Below, piece by piece: positions 1-9,409 of a stretch of 64,000 nucleotides of DNA. Origin of the DNA: Candidatus Bipolaricaulota bacterium (GTDB lineage: Bacteria; Bipolaricaulota; Bipolaricaulia; RBG-16-55-9; DRXL01); NCBI GenBank assembly GCA_025060395.1, contig JANXCC010000007.1:3308-67307 (forward strand), in the 5' to 3' direction. Every line of letters begins with the position of its first letter. Position 1 is the first letter of the stretch. Position numbers and translations under genes: made by a program. The notes under the pieces were generated by a model, which saw nothing but the letters and a program-made list of their open reading frames with translations, ran no database searches and was not told where the DNA came from.

Positions 1-439
1 ACTGGAAGAACTCCCTCAATCTGTGTTTTTCCAGGGAGCGATCGATGCCTATCAGGGGGCGATGCGAGACGATTCCCAGCGCAATGCCCCGCCGTCGAAG
101 CTCTGCTAACACCTCAGGTACTTCTGGGAAGAGCTCATCAACAGGGTCCTCCCAGTAGCTTTGGATCTTCGCGGCAAGCTGGGTGAGCTCCCCAGCAAAC
201 CCCAACTCCTCTAAGATCAGCTTGTTCCACTCCACAAACGAGTCGGTACTAAATCCCAGATGGGGACGGATCTCGCGGTGCCAACGCTCTTGCGCACGGG
301 CGTAGGCGTGAGCGAGCCGCTCACGAGCTACCGTTAGACCCAACGCCTCTATTTGCTGAGCAAACCAATCGGCTTGACTGCTGCCAGGCACCCAGACGAG
401 CGTGCCATCCATATCGAAGAAGATGACTCGTGCGTGCAT
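1..439 (-). CDS. HAD-superfamily hydrolase, partial (3' end runs off the window)
   Basis: The reverse-strand ATG at 439-437 opens a stop-free frame to position 1. It reads MHARVIFFDMDGTLVW (DxDGT motif I) and later GIALGIVSHRP (motif II-like). It is absent from the ORF track because it has no in-window stop. Confidence 0.6.
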   Translation of the reverse strand, partial: MHARVIFFDMDGTLVWVPGSSQADWFAQQIEALGLTVARERLAHAYARAQERWHREIRPHLGFSTDSFVEWNKLILEELGFAGELTQLAAKIQSYWEDPVDELFPEVPEVLAELRRRGIALGIVSHRPLIGIDRSLEKHRLREFFQ

Positions 440-517
440 AGGGTGTTATCCTACGCGATGGACGGGCTCTCGTCAAGGGTTGCACCTCGAGGAGCCCTAG
501 AGTAAGATGAGCTCGTT

Positions 518-1471
518 ATGGATCTCGAAGTACATCAGATTGCCATTCCCAACCCGTACTTTGAAAGCCCAACTAATGTCTTCTGCATTCACAACGCTCA
601 CAGCCCTCCTGTACTGATCGACACGGGGATCGGCACACCGGAGTCTTTGAGTCTTTTGCGTCATGAGCTTTCGCAGCATGGGTGCTCTTTGAAGGATATC
701 GCGGCCATTCTGCTGACCCATAAGCATGTCGATCATAGTGGGCTAGCGCGCGCCCTCCAGGAGGAATCTGGCGCGGCGGTTTACGTGCATAGCGACGACT
801 GGGCAGACGTAGCGTGCTTTGAAGAGCGTCATGAAAAGGTCTCCCAGCTCTATCTCGAAGCGATGCGTCGGTGGGGCGTTCCCGAAGAGATCATTCTGGC
901 AGTTGGGAACTTGCGGGCGCGGTTTGCCCAGCTGAGCCGCTCTGTCCCCACCGCTCAGAAGATCAGCGACGGTCAGATCCTGCGCTGCGGCGACTGGGAG
1001 GTCTACGTCTTGCATACCCCTGGCCACACCCAGGGATCTGCTTGCTTTTTGCTAGGCGAAAAGCTCTTTAGCGGAGACCATCTTCTCCCAACGTACACCG
1101 CCAACGTCGGAGCAACCGACGTCACCACCAAGGGCCATCTCGAAAAATTTCTCGGCTCGCTCCAGAAGATTCTTGCCCTGCCCAACGTAGCATCCCTGGA
1201 GATCTATCCAGGACACGGCCAGCCGTGGACCGATCCGCGCCCGCGTATCAAAAAGATCCTCAAGCATCATAGGGAACGAGCGGAACGCATCGTACAGATC
1301 TTGAGCGACGGTCAGACGCTCACGGCGTTTGAGATCGCGCAGAAACTCTTCGGACGGCTCAAAGACTACCATGTGCTGCTTGGGGCTGGCGAGGTCTACG
1401 CCCATCTTGAAGTGCTGGAGAGCCAAGGGTACGTACGCCGCGTCGAATCCTATCGCTTCGCCATAGCGTGA
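518..1471 (+). CDS. MBL-fold metallo-hydrolase
   Basis: 317-aa ORF with the HxHxDH motif (THKHVDHSG) and later His ligands (HTPGHT, GDH, PGHG). The C-terminal ~70 aa resemble a winged-helix tail. Confidence 0.8.
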   Translation: MDLEVHQIAIPNPYFESPTNVFCIHNAHSPPVLIDTGIGTPESLSLLRHELSQHGCSLKDIAAILLTHKHVDHSGLARALQEESGAAVYVHSDDWADVACFEERHEKVSQLYLEAMRRWGVPEEIILAVGNLRARFAQLSRSVPTAQKISDGQILRCGDWEVYVLHTPGHTQGSACFLLGEKLFSGDHLLPTYTANVGATDVTTKGHLEKFLGSLQKILALPNVASLEIYPGHGQPWTDPRPRIKKILKHHRERAERIVQILSDGQTLTAFEIAQKLFGRLKDYHVLLGAGEVYAHLEVLESQGYVRRVESYRFAIA

Positions 1472-1530
1472 CAGGGGCGTAGGTCCTCTGCTACAATATC
1501 GGGCAATCGACAGAGAAAGGGCTGATTACC

Positions 1531-2580
1531 ATGATACGGATGCGACTCGCACACGTGCTCGTGGGGGTTGTGTTGGGGGTTGGGCTGCTTCTATGGCCGG
1601 CCCAGGCCACGATCACCGCGCGCTTGAGCGATCTTTCGCTCAGGCCGGAGGATAGAATCGACTACGACTTCACGCCAACGACAACGGGAGAGATCACAGT
1701 GAAGTTGATGTTGCGCCCTACTACTGCTTCTGTGCGCGTTCAGCTCCTCTTCGCGCAGACAGCGGTAGTAGATCAGACGGGTCCAACAACCCGCATCGCC
1801 AAGGCTGAGGTCGCAGAAGGCCAAGTCGGCCGTCCGTGGCGCTTGATCGTGACCAACCTCAGCGCTCAAACGGTCGAAGGGCGCCTCGAGCTCACCTACC
1901 CTCGACGTTTCTGTAAAGAGATCTTCGCGCATTATCGCATCAAGATCAGCTACGAGATCAATGCAGAACTAGAGGATCTCCATTGCCAGCAGTTATATGG
2001 GATTGTGCGCTCCCTGCCCAGCGATCACCTCAAGCGTCTTCGGGAGATCCGCGCTCGCGAGCCAGATGTCCTCGTCTATGGACAGTACTTCCCGCCGAGC
2101 CTCATCGAACTGCCGGGGCTGCGTGCTAGTCGCACCTTCACCCTCGTCGCCTATCACGAGCTAGGGCATTTGGTTCATTTCACACGCTCCACAGCTGACC
2201 AAGAAGCCCGATGGGAGAAGCTCTTCCGTGAGTCTGGGCGCGACCCTGATAACTTCGTGCCTGATCCTATCGACCGCTCGCTCTATGCCATGACCAATCA
2301 ATACGAGGACTTCGCTGTAACATTTTCGGCGTATATTGCTGAGAGCCAGCGCTCCATCAGCGAAGCGATCACGCGCAGCCAGCGCAACAAACCCTTGCTC
2401 TTGCACAAGTTTAAATTGATCACAGAGTACTTCCGGCACCAGGCGGACGGATCCACGAAGGTTTATATTTATCGCGTTGGGACGGAAGTTCCTATCCCCA
2501 CGATCTATCGTGCCTCTGTGCCGTTGACTGAGGAGGGTCTGCCGGACTTCACCGGGCCTATTGCGTGGGAGTCGTTTTAG
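1531..2580 (+). CDS. secreted hypothetical protein with an HExxH zinc-peptidase motif
   Basis: 349-aa ORF with a signal-like N-terminus (VLVGVVLGVGLLLWPAQA) and a single HExxH (AYHELGHLVHF). I recognise no family beyond that. Confidence 0.55.
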   Translation: MIRMRLAHVLVGVVLGVGLLLWPAQATITARLSDLSLRPEDRIDYDFTPTTTGEITVKLMLRPTTASVRVQLLFAQTAVVDQTGPTTRIAKAEVAEGQVGRPWRLIVTNLSAQTVEGRLELTYPRRFCKEIFAHYRIKISYEINAELEDLHCQQLYGIVRSLPSDHLKRLREIRAREPDVLVYGQYFPPSLIELPGLRASRTFTLVAYHELGHLVHFTRSTADQEARWEKLFRESGRDPDNFVPDPIDRSLYAMTNQYEDFAVTFSAYIAESQRSISEAITRSQRNKPLLLHKFKLITEYFRHQADGSTKVYIYRVGTEVPIPTIYRASVPLTEEGLPDFTGPIAWESF

Positions 2581-3566
2581 GGCATAGGGGCAGCTGCATT
2601 GAGCGCGGTCTCCGCGATGTTGACTGAATAATCTTTGACACGCCCGATGCTGTCAAAGGCGATTCCGATAAGCTGTGCCTCGTGGGGAGCCAGATCCCAG
2701 AGGAGCTTGACGGCCTTCATGAGGCGCTCTTCGACGCCAGAGGCCTTATCGATCACGTCGCTGGCGAGCTCGGGATTGGGCAAGCGGAACGCATCCATGG
2801 CCTCTTTCAGTAAACCTGAGACTTGCTCCCCGTTTTTTTGGAAGGCCTCAGCGACCTTTGGCGGGGTCGGGGATTTGATCAATGTTGTCACATGGGCGAT
2901 CTTCACCGCATGATCAGCCACGCGCTCCAATTGTCGAGCTACGGTATGGATATCAAAGAGCTTGACACGGCTGATGCCTAACGCCTCGTCGGCCAGAAGG
3001 TCGCAGAGCGTGATGCGAAATTGCCTATAGAGCATCAAGTAGAGACGATCCACGTCTTCATCGCGTGCCTCGATGTCATGGGCGAGTTCAGGATCGTAGT
3101 CGACGAGCGCGCGGACGGCGTCAGCGAACATGTCGTACACCATCAAGAAGATGCGATCCAACGTCTTGGGCGCGGAGAGCTCAGAGAGGTTGAGCAGGGT
3201 ATGGATCACGATCGAATCTCGTGATTCCTCCATGATCTCCGGGCCGATGAGGGCTTGGGTGATCTTGCGGATCGTCTGGCGCTGCTCGGGGGTGATGCGG
3301 TCCCCCCGAACCTCGATGATGTCAAATCCCGCGACGTACATGGAGATGAAGGCGCGCATGAGGGTATCGCCGGTCTTAGTATCGAGGGAGAGGACTCCGC
3401 GGCTTGGTTGAGCACCACGATGTGGGCGTAAGATCAACAGATCAGGGCTGCGAGGGTGGAGCTCGATCTCGGCACCGGCATGGAGCTGCTGCGCTTCAGC
3501 CCAGTCTTTGGGCAGGGTAATCATGAACGTTGCCCCACCGGTGATCTGGACTCTTCGGATCTCCAT
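2577..3566 (-). CDS. PhoU-family regulator with an N-terminal AbrB/SpoVT domain
   Basis: 329-aa ORF. The N-terminus MEIRRVQITGGATFMITLPKDWAE is a SpoVT/AbrB-type motif. Two PhoU-like helical repeats follow (LERVADHAVKIA and IGRVKDYSVNIAE). Confidence 0.75.
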   Translation of the reverse strand: MEIRRVQITGGATFMITLPKDWAEAQQLHAGAEIELHPRSPDLLILRPHRGAQPSRGVLSLDTKTGDTLMRAFISMYVAGFDIIEVRGDRITPEQRQTIRKITQALIGPEIMEESRDSIVIHTLLNLSELSAPKTLDRIFLMVYDMFADAVRALVDYDPELAHDIEARDEDVDRLYLMLYRQFRITLCDLLADEALGISRVKLFDIHTVARQLERVADHAVKIAHVTTLIKSPTPPKVAEAFQKNGEQVSGLLKEAMDAFRLPNPELASDVIDKASGVEERLMKAVKLLWDLAPHEAQLIGIAFDSIGRVKDYSVNIAETALNAAAPMP

Positions 3567-3630
3567 AGTTCCTCCCGTCTGTCATGATTGATGGGGATTG
3601 TAATGTATAGCTATATAGCTGTCAAGTGCC

Positions 3631-3660
3631 TTGACAAGGGGGGCGGGAGGGGCTTATAAT
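3631..3660 (+). promoter_or_regulatory. sigma-70-type promoter of the zur-znuABC operon
   Basis: TTGACA (3631-3636), 18-nt spacer, TATAAT (3655-3660), 33 nt upstream of the ATG at 3693. Confidence 0.55.
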
Positions 3661-3665
3661 ATTAA

Positions 3666-3680
3666 TGAAAAATTTTTTCA
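3666..3680. promoter_or_regulatory. putative Zur/Fur-type operator (perfect 7-1-7 palindrome)
   Basis: TGAAAAA-T-TTTTTCA lies immediately downstream of the -10 box and over the expected transcription start. Confidence 0.45.
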
Positions 3681-3692
3681 ATAAGGCATCCT

Positions 3693-4124
3693 ATGACGGA
3701 TCTCTTGAAGATTTGGGGAGAGCGATTACGGAGCGAGGGATATAGGCTGACGCGAGCGCGCCGCGCGATATTGGAGGCCCTGGCTGCAGGGGAAAGCCAC
3801 ATGACTCCCGAAGAGCTCCACCGTCAGGCGCGACGGCGCCATCGCTCGTTGGGCTTGGTCACGGTCTATCGGACCTTGGCGCTGCTAGAAAAGCTAAACT
3901 TAGTCCAGCGCGTGCATCAAGGGGCGCTGAGCTGTCACAGCTTCATCGCGGTGCGCTTACCCACAGGTCACCATCATCACTTGGTCTGTCGCACCTGCGG
4001 GCGCGTGGAGGAGTTTCCCGATTGTGCTCTTGACGACGTGCTAAGAAGATTGCAAGCACGCACAGGATTTGCCATCGAATCCCATCACGTGGAGGTGGTC
4101 GGTCGATGTCCTGAGTGTCAGTAG
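3693..4124 (+). CDS. zur: Fur-family metalloregulator, probably Zur
   Basis: 143-aa ORF with an N-terminal wHTH (RLTRARRAILEAL), an HHHH run and two CxxC pairs (CRTCGR, CPEC). It is the first gene of a znuABC-like operon. Confidence 0.7.
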   Translation: MTDLLKIWGERLRSEGYRLTRARRAILEALAAGESHMTPEELHRQARRRHRSLGLVTVYRTLALLEKLNLVQRVHQGALSCHSFIAVRLPTGHHHHLVCRTCGRVEEFPDCALDDVLRRLQARTGFAIESHHVEVVGRCPECQ

Positions 4125-4186
4125 AGTTTTTTTTAGACTTTGCACATGAAATCTCTTTTCAATATCTTCAGAAAGGAGTGATTACA

Positions 4187-5104
4187 ATGAAGAAAACAGT
4201 GTTCCTTGTACTTTCAGTACTAGCGATGTCGCTAGTTGGAGGAACCTGCGGGGCACAGCCCATGCTCAAGCTCAAAGCAGTGGCCAGTTTTTATATACCC
4301 TATGAGCTCACGAAGAACGTCGGTGGGGATCGCGTCGAGGTGAAGAATCTCGTTCCAGGGGGAGTAGATCCTCACGATTTCGAGCCCTCTCCCGCGGATA
4401 TCCGCGCGATAGAAGAGGCCCAGGTCTTCGTCTACAATGGTGCGTCTATGGAACCCTGGGTCAAGCGTGTGCTCTGGGTGGTGAGGAATCGAGACAAGCT
4501 TGTTGTCATCGAAATGACAAAGGGACTGCCTCTGCGCAAGGTCGAAGAAGAGGAACGCGAGCACGGCGATGATCATGAACACCACGATCCTCACGCCTGG
4601 ACCGATCCAGTCCTCGTCAAAGGGATGATCAACAACATTCGAGATGGGTTGAGCATCGCCGATAGTGCGGGTAGCTCAGTCTACACCAAGAACGCCGAGA
4701 ATTATCAGGCGAAGCTCGACGCACTCGACGCCAAGATCCGCGAGGGCTTGAAGGCCTGTCGCTTACGAGATTTTATCATCTCGCACAGATTTATGGATTA
4801 TTTTGCGGCACGATATGATCTAACGGCGCATGCGCTCTCGGGTTTAGAACCAGCCGAACCGACGCCGCAGCGCCTCGCTGAGCTTATCCGACTAGGCAAG
4901 GAGAAGCAGATCAAGTATATCTTTAAAGAAGAAGGGGACAAGATCAAGGCGCTCGAAGTCTTGGCGCGCGAACTAGGAGCGCAGATACTCACGCTGAACG
5001 TCGGGCACAGCCTCTCTGAGGACGAAGAGCGCGCGGGGAAAAACTATCTCTCGATTATGGAGGAGAATCTGAAGAATCTCCGGATCGGACTGGAGTGCCG
5101 ATGA
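4187..5104 (+). CDS. znuA: zinc ABC transporter substrate-binding protein (ZnuA/TroA family)
   Basis: ATG 4187 is preceded by GAAAGGAG. It has a signal peptide (MKKTVFLVLSVLAMSLVGGTCGA) and the His/acid-rich loop EEEEREHGDDHEHHDPH typical of ZnuA. Confidence 0.8.
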   Translation: MKKTVFLVLSVLAMSLVGGTCGAQPMLKLKAVASFYIPYELTKNVGGDRVEVKNLVPGGVDPHDFEPSPADIRAIEEAQVFVYNGASMEPWVKRVLWVVRNRDKLVVIEMTKGLPLRKVEEEEREHGDDHEHHDPHAWTDPVLVKGMINNIRDGLSIADSAGSSVYTKNAENYQAKLDALDAKIREGLKACRLRDFIISHRFMDYFAARYDLTAHALSGLEPAEPTPQRLAELIRLGKEKQIKYIFKEEGDKIKALEVLARELGAQILTLNVGHSLSEDEERAGKNYLSIMEENLKNLRIGLECR

Positions 5105-5853
5105 GCGAGCCGATTATCGAGATCGAAGATATCTGGTTTAGTTACGGCGCTGAGCCCGTGCTCGAGGGTGTCTCCCTTGAGGTGATCCGGGGGGACATCC
5201 TCGGGCTTATCGGCCCCAACGGCTCTGGTAAGACCACTCTCTTAAAACTGATCTTGGGACTGCTCTCTCCTCAACGAGGGACGATCCGGCTCTTTGGACA
5301 AGAGCTTGGACGCTTTCGCGAGTGGGCACGGCTCGGTTATGTACGCCAGCGCGGCTGGGACTTTGAACGCAATTTTCCTGCGTCTGTAGAGGAGATCGTG
5401 CGTTTAGGCCGGGTGCCGCGCCTCCGCTGGGGCGCGTGGCGGCGCATCGATACCGAAGCGGTCGAGCGAGCTCTGCACGCTGTGCACATCGAAGGGCTGC
5501 GTCATCGCCCGATCAGCGAGCTCTCCGGTGGGCAGCAGCAGCGTGTCTTCCTGGCGCGGGTCCTAGCGCAGGAGCCGGAGATCCTAGTGCTTGATGAGCC
5601 CACGGCTGCCGTCGACCCCAAAGTCGAGGCCGAGTTCTACAAACTCCTCAGAAAGCTCAATCGCGAGCAAGGATTGACAATTCTCTTGGTCTCCCATGAC
5701 CTCGAAGCGATTGTGACCCAAGTGACGAAGATCGCGTGTTTAAACAGAAAGCTGCTCTTCTGCGGAACGCCTCAGGAGTGCTTAGCGAGCGATCTGTTAG
5801 AGAGAGTGTACGTCGGCAAGAGGCTGATGCATCACCAGCATCCATGGGGGTGA
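5101..5853 (+). CDS. znuC: zinc ABC transporter ATP-binding protein
   Basis: ATG 5101 overlaps the znuA stop (ATGA). It has Walker A GPNGSGKTT, signature LSGGQQQR and Walker B ILVLDEP. Confidence 0.85.
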   Translation: MSEPIIEIEDIWFSYGAEPVLEGVSLEVIRGDILGLIGPNGSGKTTLLKLILGLLSPQRGTIRLFGQELGRFREWARLGYVRQRGWDFERNFPASVEEIVRLGRVPRLRWGAWRRIDTEAVERALHAVHIEGLRHRPISELSGGQQQRVFLARVLAQEPEILVLDEPTAAVDPKVEAEFYKLLRKLNREQGLTILLVSHDLEAIVTQVTKIACLNRKLLFCGTPQECLASDLLERVYVGKRLMHHQHPWG

Positions 5854-6680
5854 GTATGGGCGATATCTTTGCGTTTGGGTTTATGAGATTAGCGTTTGTT
5901 GGGGGGACGATCGTCGGGGTGCTCGCGCCGATAATCGGGACTTTTCTAGTCCTCCGACGCTACGGCCTGATCGGTGATGGGCTAGGACACGTGGCATTTG
6001 GAGGGGTAGCGTTTGGCCATCTCATGCGAACTGATCCGATCTTGATGGCCCTTGTGTACTCGACGGTAGCGGCGGTGGGGATGGAGCAATTCCGTGTGAA
6101 GGGGCGTTTAGGCGGCGATGTGGCCATAGCGATCTTTCTCTCGTCGGGGTTGGCCTTGGGATTGGTCTTGGCGCGTCTGGCGCGACGCTCAACGGATCAG
6201 CTCTGGACCTATCTCTTTGGCAGTGTGATCGCGCTCCAGCCCGGCGATGTGATCCAGATCGCGCTCATCGCGTTTATCGTCCTCGGCTCGCTGTGGGTGA
6301 TGCGCCGCGGGCTCTTCTTCGTCACGTTCGACGAGGAGACGGCGCGAGCTTCGGGAGTTCCCGTAGGATTCTATAATATCGCGTTAGTGCTGTTGGCGGC
6401 GCTCACCGTCGTCTCAGCAATTCAGATTGTCGGCTTGCTGTTGATCTCTGCTCTGTTGGTCTTGCCTGTGGCGGCAGCGTTGCAGGTGGCGCGCAGCTTC
6501 CGGCAGACGCTCGTCCTAGGGGTGGGAAGTGGCTTACTGTCGGTCTACGGGGGACTGATCGGTTCATATTATCTGGATACTCCACCGGGGCCCACGATCG
6601 TGTTGATGGCGCTGGGGATCTTTTTGCTTGCGAATGGAGCGCGCCTGATGAGCCGTTCAGCGCGCGTTTTGGCGGCGTAG
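5844..6680 (+). CDS. znuB: zinc ABC transporter permease (ABC-3 family)
   Basis: Multi-pass hydrophobic protein directly after znuC. I prefer the start at 5844 (or 5856) over the track start 5736, which lies inside znuC. Confidence 0.8.
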   Translation: MGVSMGDIFAFGFMRLAFVGGTIVGVLAPIIGTFLVLRRYGLIGDGLGHVAFGGVAFGHLMRTDPILMALVYSTVAAVGMEQFRVKGRLGGDVAIAIFLSSGLALGLVLARLARRSTDQLWTYLFGSVIALQPGDVIQIALIAFIVLGSLWVMRRGLFFVTFDEETARASGVPVGFYNIALVLLAALTVVSAIQIVGLLLISALLVLPVAAALQVARSFRQTLVLGVGSGLLSVYGGLIGSYYLDTPPGPTIVLMALGIFLLANGARLMSRSARVLAA

Positions 6681-7313
6681 ATACTCCTTGATCGTCTCGA
6701 AGATGACCTGAGCAACGGTCCATTGATAGAGCCAGCTGCGCAGTTTCAGCTCTTCTGAGGGATTGGTGAGAAACCCTGTCTCGATGAGCACGGCGGGCAT
6801 CTCCGCCCGGCGAATAAAGAGCCTCTGATGTTTAATTCCGCGGTCGGTGACGCCTAGTGCTCGCGTGAGGCGCTTTTGCAGGAGCGAGGCTAAGGCACGG
6901 CTCTGCGGGTAGGTACGGAGGTTAGGATCGTCGTGGACCAAGACCTCGATGCCGTTGGCTGCAGCATGTCTGGGATGGGCGTTGGCGTGAATTGAGACGA
7001 AGAGATCGGCCTTGAGGCGGTTCGCCAGCCCCGTGCGCTCCCCGTGAGGAACGTAGATATCTTCGGAGCGCGTCAGCACAATAGAGATCTCGTCGTCGTA
7101 CAACCCCAAGAGTCGGATAAATCGAGCGATGTTGAGATTGATATCTTTCTCTTGGGTGCCATAAAAGCCGATGGCCCCGGGGTCCCATCCGCCGTGTCCA
7201 GGGTCGATGACGACGAGAAAGCGCTTCGCTTGGCCCTGGCCCAGCGACCCCCATCCGCAGATACAGACCAGGACCAACACCGAGACGAATGCTCTTGCTG
7301 TCAGGGCCTTCAT
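6657..7313 (-). CDS. N-acetylmuramoyl-L-alanine amidase (Amidase_3)
   Basis: Signal peptide plus the motifs VVIDPGHGGWDPGA, SIHANA and LIETGFLTN. Confidence 0.85.
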   Translation of the reverse strand: MKALTARAFVSVLVLVCICGWGSLGQGQAKRFLVVIDPGHGGWDPGAIGFYGTQEKDINLNIARFIRLLGLYDDEISIVLTRSEDIYVPHGERTGLANRLKADLFVSIHANAHPRHAAANGIEVLVHDDPNLRTYPQSRALASLLQKRLTRALGVTDRGIKHQRLFIRRAEMPAVLIETGFLTNPSEELKLRSWLYQWTVAQVIFETIKEYLRRQNAR

Positions 7314-7401
7314 GGGCCACAGTATAGCACAGGGGAAGGACCCCGACTATGATCGATATTACACACCGATTGGAGGCGACATTACTTGCTCACCAGGCTA
7401 T

Positions 7402-7431
7402 TTGACAGGCCTAGCTTGTTTACAGTATAAT
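7402..7431 (+). promoter_or_regulatory. sigma-70-type promoter of phnDCE
   Basis: TTGACA (7402-7407), 18-nt spacer, TATAAT (7426-7431). A 7-bp hairpin CGCTCTT/AAGAGCG (7442-7464) sits in the 5' UTR. Confidence 0.5.
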
Positions 7432-7489
7432 ATAGTGAAAGCGCTCTTTATATATAGAAGAGCGTACAGATATAAAGGAGGTAGGGAAT

Positions 7490-8530
7490 ATGCACCTAGG
7501 GCGCAAGCGTTGTCTGGTCGGTCTTGTGGGGGTATTGGTGATCGGGGTCTTGGTGGGGAGCTTGGTTTTGAGTTTTCCTGGGGCTTCGCAGCAGGGGCTG
7601 ATTCCCGAAGAGTTGGTCGTGGGTATGGTGCCCTCGCGCGCCGCGACGATCTTGCAGCCCCCTGTCGAAGGGATGGCCAAGCTCGTCCTCGACTACGTGC
7701 AGAAGAATGGGTTCCCCCAAGTCAAGCGCGTACGTGCCGTCGTCCCTGAGTCCTATCCTGCGACCATCGAGGCTATCGGCGCGGAGAAGATCCATGTCGG
7801 ATTGCTTGGCCCCTTCCAAATCGTTTTAGTCGTTGACAACTACGGCGCGATCCCTATTAATGTCGCCAAGCGCGGCGCTAATCTTACCTTCCGCTCCCAG
7901 TTCATGGTGCACGTGGACAGCACCCTCAAGGCCCTTAAGGACAACGATCAAGATCCCAAGAACGACCTTGTCAGCTTGGTCAAGTCCGGAGCTACCGTGC
8001 GCTTCAGCTACGGCGGCAGCTCGACCTCTACCAGCGGCTTCTTGTTCCCCTGCAAGACCCTCAAAGATCTAGGGATTTTGCCGGGAGATTATAAGAACTT
8101 TAAGACAATTCGTGCGGCAAATCACTTGGCATCAGCGATTGCCGTCTACAAGAAGGACGTCGACGTAGGCGCGGGGTTCGATGATGTGCGCCAGAGCCTC
8201 AACACCGAGCAGGCGAAGAAAGAACTCGGGTGGAAACCCGGTGACCCTGAACCCAGCACCAAAGTGAACGTCATCGGCTATAGCGATGACATCCCCAACG
8301 ATGGGATCGTCGCCATCAAAGCCTTGGATGCTAAGCTGCGCGAGACGATCAAGAGGGCCTTCGTCGAGATCATGAAGACCGAAGAGGGCAAGAAGTACGC
8401 CAAGGATGCTCTAGACGCGACAGACTTTGTCCCCGTCCCCGAAGAGTACGATATGCTCAAGGCCCTCGAGGCCGTGCGGGTCGTGGCGAAGGAGATCCAG
8501 CCCAACTTGGCCAAGTGCGAGAATCAATAA
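7490..8530 (+). CDS. phnD: phosphonate/phosphite-type ABC substrate-binding protein (PhnD family)
   Basis: 346-aa ORF with an N-terminal membrane anchor or signal and a GGAGG RBS. It is the first gene of an SBP-ATPase-permease operon whose partners are PhnC/PhnE-like. Confidence 0.75.
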   Translation: MHLGRKRCLVGLVGVLVIGVLVGSLVLSFPGASQQGLIPEELVVGMVPSRAATILQPPVEGMAKLVLDYVQKNGFPQVKRVRAVVPESYPATIEAIGAEKIHVGLLGPFQIVLVVDNYGAIPINVAKRGANLTFRSQFMVHVDSTLKALKDNDQDPKNDLVSLVKSGATVRFSYGGSSTSTSGFLFPCKTLKDLGILPGDYKNFKTIRAANHLASAIAVYKKDVDVGAGFDDVRQSLNTEQAKKELGWKPGDPEPSTKVNVIGYSDDIPNDGIVAIKALDAKLRETIKRAFVEIMKTEEGKKYAKDALDATDFVPVPEEYDMLKALEAVRVVAKEIQPNLAKCENQ

Positions 8531-8623
8531 GCGTTCGCGACAGCAGCCCTGGGGGACATGGGCCTGGAGGCCCTGTCCCCCTTTTGCATCCCTCTGCTGT
8601 ACTCGTTTAAAATTGGGGTGAGC

Positions 8624-9409
8624 ATGGCTACCCCTATCCTACGCATCCGCAACCTTACAGTCATCTATCCTGGCGTGCACCCCGTCAAGGCTCTCGATAA
8701 TGTGAGCTTGGACATCTATCCTGGGGAGTTCGTTGTGGTCGCTGGGGTCTCTGGGTCTGGGAAGTCAACGCTTCTACGCGCTATCAATCGCTTGGCCGAG
8801 AACGATCACGCTCGCATTGAGGGGGAGATCTACTTCGACGGAGTTAATGTCTTAAAGGCATCGCGGCGGCAGCTGCGCGAGCTCCGCTCTCACATTGGGT
8901 TTATCTTTCAAGAGTATAACGTCGTTGAGCGCTTGCCAGTGCTAACGAACACGCTGGTGGGCTCGTTGGCACATGTGGGGCTCTTGCGGTCCTTGCTGGG
9001 GCGGTTTCCTAGAGAACAGATCGAGCGAGCGCGCCAGGCGTTGGTGCGGGTAGGCATTCCCCAGCCACGCCATGGCGATCGCGCCGCTCGCCTTTCAGGA
9101 GGCCAGAAGCAACGCGTGGGCATCGCGCGCGCCCTCATGCAAAAGCCTAAGCTCATCCTAGCCGATGAGCCCGTTGCCTCCCTCGATCCCATCACAGCCA
9201 ATGTCGTCATGAATATCTTCAAGAAAATCAACGAAGATGAAGGAATCACCACGATCATCAACTTGCACGACCCTGTCCTAACGTTCAAGTACGGTAAGAG
9301 AATTATTGGGCTCAAGGGCGGGCGAATCATTTACGACAAGCCCATCTCAGCGATCAACCGCGAGACCTTTGAAGAAGATATCTATGGCACAGGGGATAGC
9401 GGAGACTAG
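8624..9409 (+). CDS. phnC: phosphonate ABC transporter ATP-binding protein
   Basis: The start MATPILRIRNLTV is at ATG 8624. It has Walker A GVSGSGKST, LSGGQKQR and ILADEP. Confidence 0.85.
   Translation: MATPILRIRNLTVIYPGVHPVKALDNVSLDIYPGEFVVVAGVSGSGKSTLLRAINRLAENDHARIEGEIYFDGVNVLKASRRQLRELRSHIGFIFQEYNVVERLPVLTNTLVGSLAHVGLLRSLLGRFPREQIERARQALVRVGIPQPRHGDRAARLSGGQKQRVGIARALMQKPKLILADEPVASLDPITANVVMNIFKKINEDEGITTIINLHDPVLTFKYGKRIIGLKGGRIIYDKPISAINRETFEEDIYGTGDSGD

Noticed and set aside
5736-5843. An N-terminal 36-aa extension of the znuB ORF.
   Set aside because: It lies entirely within znuC in another frame. The hydrophobic permease sequence begins at the Met at 5844/5856.
6922-7749. ORFs 6922-7320 (minus), 7044-7352 (plus) and 7171-7749 (plus).
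   Set aside because: They overlap the amidase gene off-frame or antisense, or run through the phnD promoter and 5' UTR. phnD and the amidase explain the region.
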